Counted from the stretch's first letter, positions 10,033 through 18,037 are shown. The stretch is 42,725 bases of DNA from an uncultured Desulfobacteraceae bacterium (GCA_964543315.1 CAZIXY010000001.1:1-42725), one strand, 5' to 3'. Numbers and translations are program-made. The notes: generated by a model not told the origin, from the letters alone.

Positions 10033-11220
10033 CTATATGACCTTATTTTCCTTGAGACGAGCCAGGTCATCATCCGAGTACCCCAGTGCGCCGTAAATTT
10101 CCTTATTTTGTTCCCCGAAACGCGGCGGAAAAGAAAGCTTTCGGTCCAGTTGTTCCAGAAATGGGGTCATATTGGGCGGGGGTGGCAAGAGTATTTTTTT
10201 CCCGGTGACCGGATCCTGTGAAGACAACAGCCTTCTTTCGACCAAGGGATCGGCGATCACCTCCGGAATGGTCTTTATTTTGCTTATGGGAAGCGTAAGG
10301 GAGTTGAATAGGTCAATCAGCTCTTCGGACGTGTGGTTTTTGGTAATATCGCTTATCTCGCGGTTCAAATTCTGCACGTCCCCTATTCGGCCGGCGTTTT
10401 TGTCGTATTCCGGCTTGTCCAGATGCTTGAACATCTCCAGGGATACCATGGATTTCCACTGCCGGTCATTTCCCACGGCCATGTAGACAAATCCATTGCT
10501 CGTCTGATAGACGGAAACCGGACAGAAAAATTCGTGGGTGTTGCCCCTGCGAGTTATCGCCTTATTGAAAAGCGTGGATAGGGTTATGGGCACCGTCATC
10601 CATGATACGGAAGATTCAAACATGGACATGTTGATACAAGACCCCTCCCCTGTTGCCTCTCTCTTGAATAGGGCCTTCATCAGGAGTCCATAGGAATGTT
10701 CGCTTGTTCCCATATCCGGAAGTGGGATGCCGACCACCTGGGGGTCTCCGTCAGCCTCGCCGGTCAGATCCATCATGCCCGATCTCGCCTGAAGGATTGG
10801 ATCATATGCCGCCTCATTGCTGTCGGGACCGAAACCGGTAACGCCGAGCCATATGATATCCGGTTTCAAGGCCTTCATGGACTCGTAATCAACTCCCAGC
10901 TTTTTATAGTTCCTGGGAAGCTGGTTGGTCGCAAAGATATCCACATGGAGTTCTTCAATCAGAGAATGGAATATCTTCTGCCCTTCCTGGTCACCCAAAT
11001 TCAATGTGAGTGCCTCTTTGCCTGAATTTATGCACAGGTAATAGGCGTTCATCCTCTCCTCTCCAAGCACATTGTCACCTATTAGCCTGTTCGGATCCCC
11101 GTATACAGGATGTTCAAGTCGGATAACCCGCATGCCGTCTTGCGCCAGCCTGTAAGTCAAATAGGGCAGGACAGTCGCCTGTTCAAGAGATAATACGGTA
11201 ATGTTTTTGAAAAAATCCAT
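10033..11220 (-). CDS. Family III CoA-transferase (CaiB/BaiF/Frc family; BbsEF/IaaL-like)
   Basis: 395 aa. Typical N-terminus (ITVLSLEQATVLPYLTYRLAQDGMRVIRLEHP) and typical length. Confidence 0.9.
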   Translation of the reverse strand: MDFFKNITVLSLEQATVLPYLTYRLAQDGMRVIRLEHPVYGDPNRLIGDNVLGEERMNAYYLCINSGKEALTLNLGDQEGQKIFHSLIEELHVDIFATNQLPRNYKKLGVDYESMKALKPDIIWLGVTGFGPDSNEAAYDPILQARSGMMDLTGEADGDPQVVGIPLPDMGTSEHSYGLLMKALFKREATGEGSCINMSMFESSVSWMTVPITLSTLFNKAITRRGNTHEFFCPVSVYQTSNGFVYMAVGNDRQWKSMVSLEMFKHLDKPEYDKNAGRIGDVQNLNREISDITKNHTSEELIDLFNSLTLPISKIKTIPEVIADPLVERRLLSSQDPVTGKKILLPPPPNMTPFLEQLDRKLSFPPRFGEQNKEIYGALGYSDDDLARLKENKVI

Positions 11221-11337
11221 GATTTCCCCCTTTCGGGCCGGAGGCCAGGAATAATAATGGGTTGGTGTTTAATGAAGGGCAACTTCAAATAAGCTTTTCA
11301 AGCATTTGTGTACTGTATACAATATGCACTGTCAAGG
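11149..11337. repeat. Copy A of a duplicated segment: CoA-transferase 5' codons, 5'-UTR and promoter
   Basis: Aligns by eye with 18083-18269 in the same orientation, roughly 80% identity. The pair includes a perfectly identical 33-bp block (11305-11337 = 18237-18269). Confidence 0.85.
11307..11335 (-). promoter_or_regulatory. Putative sigma70 promoter of the catabolic operon with an embedded palindromic operator
   Basis: On the minus strand: perfect -35 TTGACA (11335-11330), a 17-nt spacer, and -10 TACACA (11312-11307). The 8-bp palindrome TGTATACA (11314-11321) lies in the spacer. The start codon is ~85 nt downstream. Confidence 0.5.
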
Positions 11338-11427
11338 AATTTTTCCCCGGAAAATTAACGGATGCCACCATTTTTGGATACAAAACAAGGTAGCTGGTCT
11401 TGGCTGGAAAAAACCGCCTTAATGCAG

Positions 11428-11841
11428 TCATTGACAGGGGCTTTGGTAGGGTCCTAATTTTTTAATCTCGCTGGTAAAGTCATTGATTACCCGGGCAAAT
11501 TTTAATCCTTCTGCCGCGGAGAGCCATTCAAGTCTTATCCTTCTGTTATCTATCCCCAACTGGGTGATCAAATTCTTTAAGAGCATTATCCTTCTTCGAG
11601 CCTTGTAATTACCAGCCTGGTAATGGCAGCTTCCCAAGTCTCAACCTCCAACAAAAACACCATCCGCCCCCAAATTAAATGCCTCAGTGATATGTAAGGG
11701 GTCAACGGCTCCCGAGCACATTACCCTGATTATCCTCAAGTTGGCAGGGTATCGGATGCGGCTTGTTCCCGCCAGATCTGCCGCCCTATAGACACACCAA
11801 TTGCAACAAAAACCCACAATTTTCGGTTCAAATGTATTCAC
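11428..11841 (-). CDS. mvhD: MvhD-type hydrogenase/heterodisulfide-reductase-associated [2Fe-2S] subunit, selenocysteine-containing (in-frame TGA at 11643-11641)
   Basis: ORFs 11641-11919 and 11428-11637 are in the same frame, separated only by TGA. The joined sequence reads ...[45 protein letters not shown]...[27 protein letters not shown]. This matches the MvhD consensus ...VGGCHxGDCHY with the first Cys replaced by TGA. The likely start is GTG 11841 (GAAGG RBS 7 nt upstream), giving [16 protein letters not shown] 11877 and the track's upstream start at 11919 (apparently non-ATG by my reading) are alternatives. Confidence 0.8.
11608..11624 (-). promoter_or_regulatory. Candidate bacterial SECIS hairpin for the mvhD UGA
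   Basis: The mRNA reads UGA-GACUUGGGAAGCUGCC-AUUACC-AGGCU-GGUAAU. This is a 6-bp stem (extendable by GCC/GGC) with a G-rich 5-nt loop. The stem starts 16 nt (17th base) after the UGA. Confidence 0.5.
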
Positions 11842-12090
11842 GGTTTTACCTTCTTTATATCTTGCACAAATTTGCATATTAGGGTAAGGGCAGGTGTGTG
11901 TCAATCTCAAATCTATCAATACGTTTCCAGGAAAAAGCTCTGTTCAGTTAGCTCTATCATTCCTGTGTTTGATGTGATAGCAAAAAAATCGTATCAGTTC
12001 ATAGGTTCAGAGTACTGATTTCACCGAAAGCCCGCATATTCTTCTGCGCGCAGGTCTGAACCTGGGAATACCTAAGACAAGGAGATGGAA

Positions 12091-13071
12091 ATGGCTAAGC
12101 CAAAGATCGCCTTTTATTCATGTGCTTCATGTGGAGGGTGTGAGGAAGCAGTCATTAACCTTGATGAAGATATACTGAACGTGGCGGATGCTGTGGATAT
12201 CATACAATGGCCTACGATCCTGGATTTTAAGAGGAAGGATCTTGAAGCCTTGGGAGATGGTGAGATAGTGGTGAGCTTCATAAATGGAGCAGTAAGGCTC
12301 GGTGAACAGGAGGAAATGGTAAATCTCTTAAGGCAAAAGTCTCAGCTCATAGTCGCCTTTGGTTCTTGTGCTCATTTGGGAGGGATACCGGGTCTGGGTA
12401 ACCTCTACACGAGGGATGCGATTTTACAAAGGATTTATAAGGAAGTCCCGACTGTTGAAAATCCAGAGGGAATTATTCCACAGGAGAGGACAACCATTGA
12501 TACTGGCGAGCTCACTCTGCCGGAGTTTTATGATACGGTAAAGACCTTGGGTCAGGTCATCCCGGTGGATTACTACCTTCCCGGGTGTCCACCGCCTTCT
12601 CACTTGATAATGAGTGCGTTAAGTGCATTTCTTAAGGGTGAATTACCGGAAAAGGGGGCAGTGCTTGCTCCTGGTAAACCTTTATGTGATACCTGCCCCA
12701 GGGCGGAGGAAAGACGGGGGGGAGTATCAATACAGGAAATAAAAAGACCACACGAAATTAAACTCAGCCCCTGGAAGTGTTTTCTTGAGCAGGGGATAAT
12801 CTGCCTTGGTTCGGTTACCCGCTCAGGGTGCGGAGAAAGGTGCATTAAAGCTAATATGCCGTGCAGGGGGTGTATGGGTCCTGCCGAAGGGACTGTAGAT
12901 CAAGGGATAAAAGCCCTTTCAGTTATTGCATCCATATTGGGACTTGAAGGAGAAGAAGGGATGACAGAGGAAGAGGTTAAAAAATTACTCGATGGCATTG
13001 AAGACCCGGCAGGGACATTTTACAGATTCAGCATGCCCACTTCTCTCCTTATAAGAAGGAAAATGAAATAG
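12091..13071 (+). CDS. mvhG: [NiFe] hydrogenase small subunit, Mvh/group-3c type (MvhG-like)
   Basis: The ORF starts at 12085, but ATG 12091 has better spacing to AAGGAG. The N-terminus KIAFYSCASCGGCEE, plus GSCAHLGG and LPGCPPP, provide the proximal-cluster cysteines. CDTCP, the CFLEQGIIC segment and CGERCIKANMPCRGC supply further Fe-S ligands. Confidence 0.88.
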   Translation: MAKPKIAFYSCASCGGCEEAVINLDEDILNVADAVDIIQWPTILDFKRKDLEALGDGEIVVSFINGAVRLGEQEEMVNLLRQKSQLIVAFGSCAHLGGIPGLGNLYTRDAILQRIYKEVPTVENPEGIIPQERTTIDTGELTLPEFYDTVKTLGQVIPVDYYLPGCPPPSHLIMSALSAFLKGELPEKGAVLAPGKPLCDTCPRAEERRGGVSIQEIKRPHEIKLSPWKCFLEQGIICLGSVTRSGCGERCIKANMPCRGCMGPAEGTVDQGIKALSVIASILGLEGEEGMTEEEVKKLLDGIEDPAGTFYRFSMPTSLLIRRKMK

Positions 13072-13080
13072 GAGGACAGA

Positions 13081-14454
13081 GTGAGAAAGATAACCATAGA
13101 CCCGGTAACAAGAATTGAAGGGCATGGGAAGATAGAGATATTACTTGATAAGGAAGGGGAGGTTGAAAGAGCCTATTTTCAAACCCCGGGGCTTCGCGGG
13201 TTCGAGAAATTTTGTGAGGGAAGACCGGCCGAAGAGATGCCTAGAATAACGCAAAGGATCTGTGGCGGAAGTTCAACAGCTCACCACATGGCGTCGACCA
13301 AGGCCCTTGATGACCTTTTCAAGGTTGAGCCGACCCCGGTGGCAAAGAATATACGAGAATTGATGTACAATGCCTTCATTGCAGAACACCATATTTTGCA
13401 TTTCTTTTTCCTTGGTGGACCCGACTTTTTTGTCGGTCCGCGAGAAACCGCCAAAGAAAGGAATATCATGGGGGTTATTGCCAAGGCCGGGATGGAAGTG
13501 AGAGATAAAATCATAGAGGCAAGGAAAAGGCTGAGAGGAGTTATGGAAGCAATAGGGGGGAAGGTGATTCACCCTGTTTGCGGGCTGCCCGGAGGAATAT
13601 CAAAACCTGTAACCGAGGAGGAAAGAAAAGACTTTATAAGGGCGGCTGAATACTTAGTAGAATTTTCCGTATTTGTCGCGTTTGACATTTGGGACAATAT
13701 GGTGCTTAAAAAAAAGGACTATCTCGATTTTATCACAGGAGATGTTTATAAGCAAAGGACCTACTACATGGGTCTGGTGGATGAGAATAATAAGGTAAAT
13801 TATTACGATGGTCTCATAAGGGTGGTTGACCCAAATGGTAAAGAATTTGCCAGATTTGAGGCTCAGGAATACCCTGATCATATCAGGGAACATGTTGAGC
13901 CGTGGACCTATGAGAAATTTTCCTACCTCAAGAACGTAGGCTGGAAGGGATTTGTTAGCGGTGAAGAGAGCGGCGTTTTCAAAGTAGGACCACTGGCCCG
14001 GCTGAATGCAGCCGACGGAATGGCGACTCCACTGGCTCAAGAATACTATGAAAAAATGTATGCAGCATTGGGTGAGAAACCGGCACACAATACCCTTGCT
14101 TTCCACTGGGCCAGGCTCATTGAGCTGGTTTACACCTCTGAGAGGATGCTGGACCTTGTCGGCGACCCGGATCTTACTTCCCCTGATGTGATAAATATAC
14201 CGGCCGAAATTCCAACACAAGGGGTGGGAGTGGTAGAAGCACCGGAAGGGACCCTTTTCCATCAATACGAAACTGATGAAAGGGGGATTGTCACAGGGGC
14301 CAATTTGATTGAACCCGTGCAAAACAATTCAGCTTCTATTTGTATGTCTATCGAGAAGGCGGCTAAATCGCTTATACATAAAGGCAAGGTCACGGATAGT
14401 ATTCTCAATATGATTGAGATGGCAATCAGGGCCTATGATCCCTGTAATGCCTGA
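13081..14454 (+). CDS. mvhA: [NiFe] hydrogenase large-subunit homologue, Mvh/group-3c type, with atypical active-site motifs
   Basis: GTG start 5 nt after GGAGGA. The TRIEGHGKIE (L0) motif and overall MvhA-like sequence are present. However, RICGGSSTAHH replaces RxCGxCxxxH, EAPEGTLFH replaces EAPRGxLxH, and the ORF ends DPCNA-TGA where DPCxxCxxH is expected. Confidence 0.85.
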   Translation: MRKITIDPVTRIEGHGKIEILLDKEGEVERAYFQTPGLRGFEKFCEGRPAEEMPRITQRICGGSSTAHHMASTKALDDLFKVEPTPVAKNIRELMYNAFIAEHHILHFFFLGGPDFFVGPRETAKERNIMGVIAKAGMEVRDKIIEARKRLRGVMEAIGGKVIHPVCGLPGGISKPVTEEERKDFIRAAEYLVEFSVFVAFDIWDNMVLKKKDYLDFITGDVYKQRTYYMGLVDENNKVNYYDGLIRVVDPNGKEFARFEAQEYPDHIREHVEPWTYEKFSYLKNVGWKGFVSGEESGVFKVGPLARLNAADGMATPLAQEYYEKMYAALGEKPAHNTLAFHWARLIELVYTSERMLDLVGDPDLTSPDVINIPAEIPTQGVGVVEAPEGTLFHQYETDERGIVTGANLIEPVQNNSASICMSIEKAAKSLIHKGKVTDSILNMIEMAIRAYDPCNA

Positions 14455-14488
14455 GCTACCCCCTCACCTCCAGGAAAAATATCAGACT

Positions 14489-15493
14489 CTACCCTCCAAG
14501 TAATGCCTTACACTCCTCGATTAATGGGGGCAAAACCTTTCGATAATCTGCGATTACTCCAAGATCAGAGACCTTAAACATACCTGCATCAGAATCCTTA
14601 TTTATTGCCACTATAAGCTTTGACTCCGAGCAGCCGGCAATATGCTGCGATGCGCCACGTATCCCGACTGCAATATAAAGGTCAGGCTTTACAGTCTTGC
14701 CTGAATCTCCAATTACCATACTTGTTGTGGGCACCCAGCCTTCATCATAAGGCACCGTCGTTGTACCTACAGCACCCCCTAATATCTTGGCAAAATCTTG
14801 AAGAAGCTGAAAGCCCTCAGCATCGCCAATTCCTCCTCCGCCGGCAATTATTACCTTAGCGTCCTCGATCTTTATTCCTTCCACCTCTTCTTTTGTTGTG
14901 CTCACCAATTTGGTTCTTATTACTGAATCATCTATTGTCACCTTGATATTTTCGACTTCGCCCTTTCTTGAGCTATCGGGTTCAAGTGGTGTCATGGCCC
15001 TTGGTTTTATAGTTGCCAACTGCGGCCGGGAATCTTTGGAAACCATCTCTGCAATAGCATTCCCGCCGTAAACCGACCGGGTCTGAACCAAAGTTTTGCT
15101 ATCCGGATCCATATCAACATTAATGCAGTTCATGAAAGGGAAGCACCCTAATCTAAAAGCTACCCTGCCAGCTACATCGCGTCCCATAGTTGTGTGCCCT
15201 AATAAAACAACAGACGGCCCTATTTGCTGACAAGCCTGGGTAATTGCAGCGGTATAGCTATCGGGGTTGTACTCGGACAGCAAGGGGTCATCTGCCAGAT
15301 AGACATTATCCGCCCCATAGAGGATAGCTTCCTCACCGCTTTCCCGAATATCGCTTCCTATGATGAGTGCGCTTAAGTTTCCGTCAAGTCCTTCGGCCAG
15401 CATTTTCCCGACACCCAGCAATTCCTTAGTAATTGCTGTAATCTTCCCCTCTTCCTGTTCTCCGCAGATCAGCACTGCACTATTTTGAGCCAT
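14489..15493 (-). CDS. etfA: Electron transfer flavoprotein alpha subunit
   Basis: 334 aa. C-terminal FAD-binding signature PDLYIAVGIRGASQHIAG. It sits immediately downstream of etfB. Confidence 0.93.
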   Translation of the reverse strand: MAQNSAVLICGEQEEGKITAITKELLGVGKMLAEGLDGNLSALIIGSDIRESGEEAILYGADNVYLADDPLLSEYNPDSYTAAITQACQQIGPSVVLLGHTTMGRDVAGRVAFRLGCFPFMNCINVDMDPDSKTLVQTRSVYGGNAIAEMVSKDSRPQLATIKPRAMTPLEPDSSRKGEVENIKVTIDDSVIRTKLVSTTKEEVEGIKIEDAKVIIAGGGGIGDAEGFQLLQDFAKILGGAVGTTTVPYDEGWVPTTSMVIGDSGKTVKPDLYIAVGIRGASQHIAGCSESKLIVAINKDSDAGMFKVSDLGVIADYRKVLPPLIEECKALLGG

Positions 15494-15508
15494 TCGATTC
15501 CTCCTTTT

Positions 15509-16306
15509 TTATATCACTCCGGCCGCTCTCAGCTTCGCTGCCAGATTTCCAGCGACCTCCTCCGGAGCTTCGCCACCGATGATTTCACATTTTCTTCCTC
15601 GCTCAGGGATAGAGAGTTTCAGCAGGTTAGATCCTTCGGCACTTGCTCCGATGAGGGAGACATCAGCATTAATATCCTGATTTGACCAAACCGGAATTTC
15701 CTTACGCACTGCACTTACGATACCCATTCCAGTGGGTAGGCGAGGCAAGCCAATCTCATTGCTCACAGTCAGTACTGCCGGCAGGGAGACCTCAAATACC
15801 TGATGGCCGTCTGGAATTGTTCTTTCAACCTTTAAAAGATTATCATCTAATAGTTCAATATCTTTGGCTAAGCTAATGTGAGGCAGATTTAGTCTCTCGG
15901 CTAAGACGGCGCCGACTGTGCCCATACTCCAATCAGCTGCTTCCCTCCCGCACAAGACCAGGTCAAAGGCATCAATTTTCTGTATTGCCTGGGCCAGGAT
16001 ATAAGCTGTAGCAAGGCTGTCCGAACCCGCAAACGCATCATCATACAGGACAATTCCCTCATCAGCCCCCATGGCCAAAGCACGCCTGACCACCTCTTTA
16101 GACTCATCAGTTCCTACGGTTATTGCTGTTATCTTGCCTCCATGTTTTTCCTTGACTCGCAGCGCAGCCTCTACTGCTTGAGCGTCATAAGGATTCATCA
16201 CTAATGGTATTCCCTCAGGTGGAATCACCTGGTTATCCTTAAGCCTAAATTTTTCCGTCGGCATCTCGGGGTCCAGGACTTGCTTAACGCATACCACAAT
16301 ATTCAT
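15509..16306 (-). CDS. etfB: Electron transfer flavoprotein beta subunit
   Basis: 265 aa. It has the N-terminus MNIVVCVKQVLDP characteristic of EtfB/FixA. Confidence 0.93.
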   Translation of the reverse strand: MNIVVCVKQVLDPEMPTEKFRLKDNQVIPPEGIPLVMNPYDAQAVEAALRVKEKHGGKITAITVGTDESKEVVRRALAMGADEGIVLYDDAFAGSDSLATAYILAQAIQKIDAFDLVLCGREAADWSMGTVGAVLAERLNLPHISLAKDIELLDDNLLKVERTIPDGHQVFEVSLPAVLTVSNEIGLPRLPTGMGIVSAVRKEIPVWSNQDINADVSLIGASAEGSNLLKLSIPERGRKCEIIGGEAPEEVAGNLAAKLRAAGVI

Positions 16307-16347
16307 TTCTCTTTCCTCCTTACCATTTTCCGGTATTCCAATATTCT

Positions 16348-16366
16348 CCCCGCTGCTTCAGCGGGG
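16348..16366 (-). other. Intercistronic hairpin between the acyl-CoA dehydrogenase gene and etfB
   Basis: CCCCGCTG-CTT-CAGCGGGG forms a perfect 8-bp GC-rich stem. It lies within the 136-nt gap between 16443 and 16306. Confidence 0.4.
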
Positions 16367-16442
16367 ATGAGCAAAGCGAACTATCTTGCTTCAGACCTCT
16401 ATGTGGTTGAGAAGTTGATTGGTTAATTTGACGATCTCTGTA

Positions 16443-17597
16443 CTAAGAGAAAGCAGGTATCCCCAAAAGCTGCTGCCCAATAGTCAACTGGTGTATTTGT
16501 GCTGACCCGCCCAGTATCGTAGCTACTATAGCATCTTGATAGTGGTGCCCCACGGGATAGTCATCAACAGTGCCAAAGGCACCATGAATCTTAATTGCCT
16601 GAGATGATACCCAGAGCGCCGTCTCTGTACTAAAATACTTGGAGCAGGACATCTCTTTGATATGCCTGATCCCCCGGGTCTTCATATCCGCTACACGATA
16701 GGCAAGCCATCTGGCTGCCTCAATCTTCATTGCCATATCAGCGATGACCCCCTGTACCAACTGATGGCCACCTATGGGCTTTCCAAACTGGACTCGCTCC
16801 TTGGCATACTTTACACACGAGTCAAGACAACTCTGGGCTACACCAACACAACCGGCGGCCAAGAAAAGACGGGCAGTATCAATACCTCGCAGGGCATCCC
16901 TCAAAGCTCGCCCGGTCTCCCCAACCTTGTTCTCCAGGGGTACCTTTACATCGCTGAATCTTAAGTTGCCCTCACTACCACCTCGCCAGCCTAACTTACC
17001 TTTTAGAGGCACGCTTGAGAAACCCGGCATACCCCTCTCAATTATAAATGTGGCAAGCCCTTTAAGACCTTTGGCTTTATCTGTCTGGCAAATGACCAAA
17101 AGGACGTCACCTATTTCGCCATTAGTAATAAAGATCTTATTACCATTGATGAGCCAGTGGTCGCCTTCTAATACGGCAGTGGTCTCAATCCTGGACGAAT
17201 CACTACCGGCATTAGGTTCAACTACAGCACCGACCAGAATCGAATCACCACGACACACCGAGGGCAGGTATTTCTGCTTCTGCTCCTCACTACCCGCATC
17301 CAAAAGATTAGTTCCCGGTTGGATGCAGCCGCTTGTCGCCGCCTGGGTTATAGCGAGGCTGGCCCAGCAAAGCTGCTCCCAAATAATAGCCGAGGTAAGA
17401 TAATCAAGCCCCAATCCTCCGTATTCCTGGGGCAAATGTGGAGCTAAGAGTCCCTGTGATGCCAGCTTTTTTATAATCCCAGGGTCAAATTTGTCCTCAC
17501 GGATATTCTCCTTGAGCGTTGGCAAAATCTCCCGTTCGGCAAACTTCCGTGCCATATCCTGAAACATCTTCTGCTCTTCATTTAGCTGAAAATCCAT
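16443..17597 (-). CDS. Acyl-CoA dehydrogenase
   Basis: 384 aa. ACAD architecture and typical N-terminus (MDFQLNEEQKMFQDMARKFAEREI), with a C-terminal helical domain. Confidence 0.92.
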   Translation of the reverse strand: MDFQLNEEQKMFQDMARKFAEREILPTLKENIREDKFDPGIIKKLASQGLLAPHLPQEYGGLGLDYLTSAIIWEQLCWASLAITQAATSGCIQPGTNLLDAGSEEQKQKYLPSVCRGDSILVGAVVEPNAGSDSSRIETTAVLEGDHWLINGNKIFITNGEIGDVLLVICQTDKAKGLKGLATFIIERGMPGFSSVPLKGKLGWRGGSEGNLRFSDVKVPLENKVGETGRALRDALRGIDTARLFLAAGCVGVAQSCLDSCVKYAKERVQFGKPIGGHQLVQGVIADMAMKIEAARWLAYRVADMKTRGIRHIKEMSCSKYFSTETALWVSSQAIKIHGAFGTVDDYPVGHHYQDAIVATILGGSAQIHQLTIGQQLLGIPAFS

Positions 17598-17617
17598 TCT
17601 TTATGCCTCCAAGTATT

Positions 17618-18013
17618 TTAGTCCTTCTGGACAAGCTCAACAAGGATGCCATGAGTCCCCTTGGGGTGAAGAAAGGCGCTTAATCCCTCGGCACCGGGCA
17701 TCGGCTTTCCCAGGGCATCAATCCCTTTATCCTTAAGCGAACCAATTTCCGCGTTGATATCATCCACCTCATAGCAGACATGTTGTATACCCTCACCGCG
17801 CTTTTCCAGGAATCTGGATATCGGTCCATCTTTGCCAACAGGCTCTAAGAGCTCAACAGTAGCATTCTCTAACTCCACCATGCTTACCCTAACCGTTCCT
17901 CCTCCTCCAATTATTGGTTCAGACGATTCAAGCCCAAAGACCGAACGATAAAACTCCCTGGCTTCCTCAAGGTCTTTTACTGCCATACCCAGATGACTAA
18001 TCGCTTTTAGCAT
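17618..18013 (-). CDS. Methylmalonyl-CoA epimerase-like VOC (glyoxalase-fold) protein
   Basis: 131 aa. Sequence features HLGMAV...ELLEP...FLEKRGEGIQHVCYEV...ILVELVQ are typical of methylmalonyl-CoA epimerases. Confidence 0.85.
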   Translation of the reverse strand: MLKAISHLGMAVKDLEEAREFYRSVFGLESSEPIIGGGGTVRVSMVELENATVELLEPVGKDGPISRFLEKRGEGIQHVCYEVDDINAEIGSLKDKGIDALGKPMPGAEGLSAFLHPKGTHGILVELVQKD

Positions 18014-18037
18014 TTATCGCCTCCTAATGATAAGATT

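Noticed and set aside
11638-11643. Interpreting the split mvhD ORFs as a nonsense-mutated pseudogene or two separate genes.
   Set aside because: The stop is TGA, precisely at a conserved Cys codon of the GGCxxGDCHY motif. The downstream frame remains conserved. A SECIS-like hairpin follows at the right distance. Sec-containing MvhD homologues are established.
12003-12063. A 9-bp perfect inverted repeat (AGGTTCAGA ... TCTGAACCT) in the divergent mvhD/mvhG intergenic region.
   Set aside because: It is real in the sequence. However, with a 43-nt loop and no second occurrence I cannot assign a function (5'-UTR structure versus regulator site). It is noted only.
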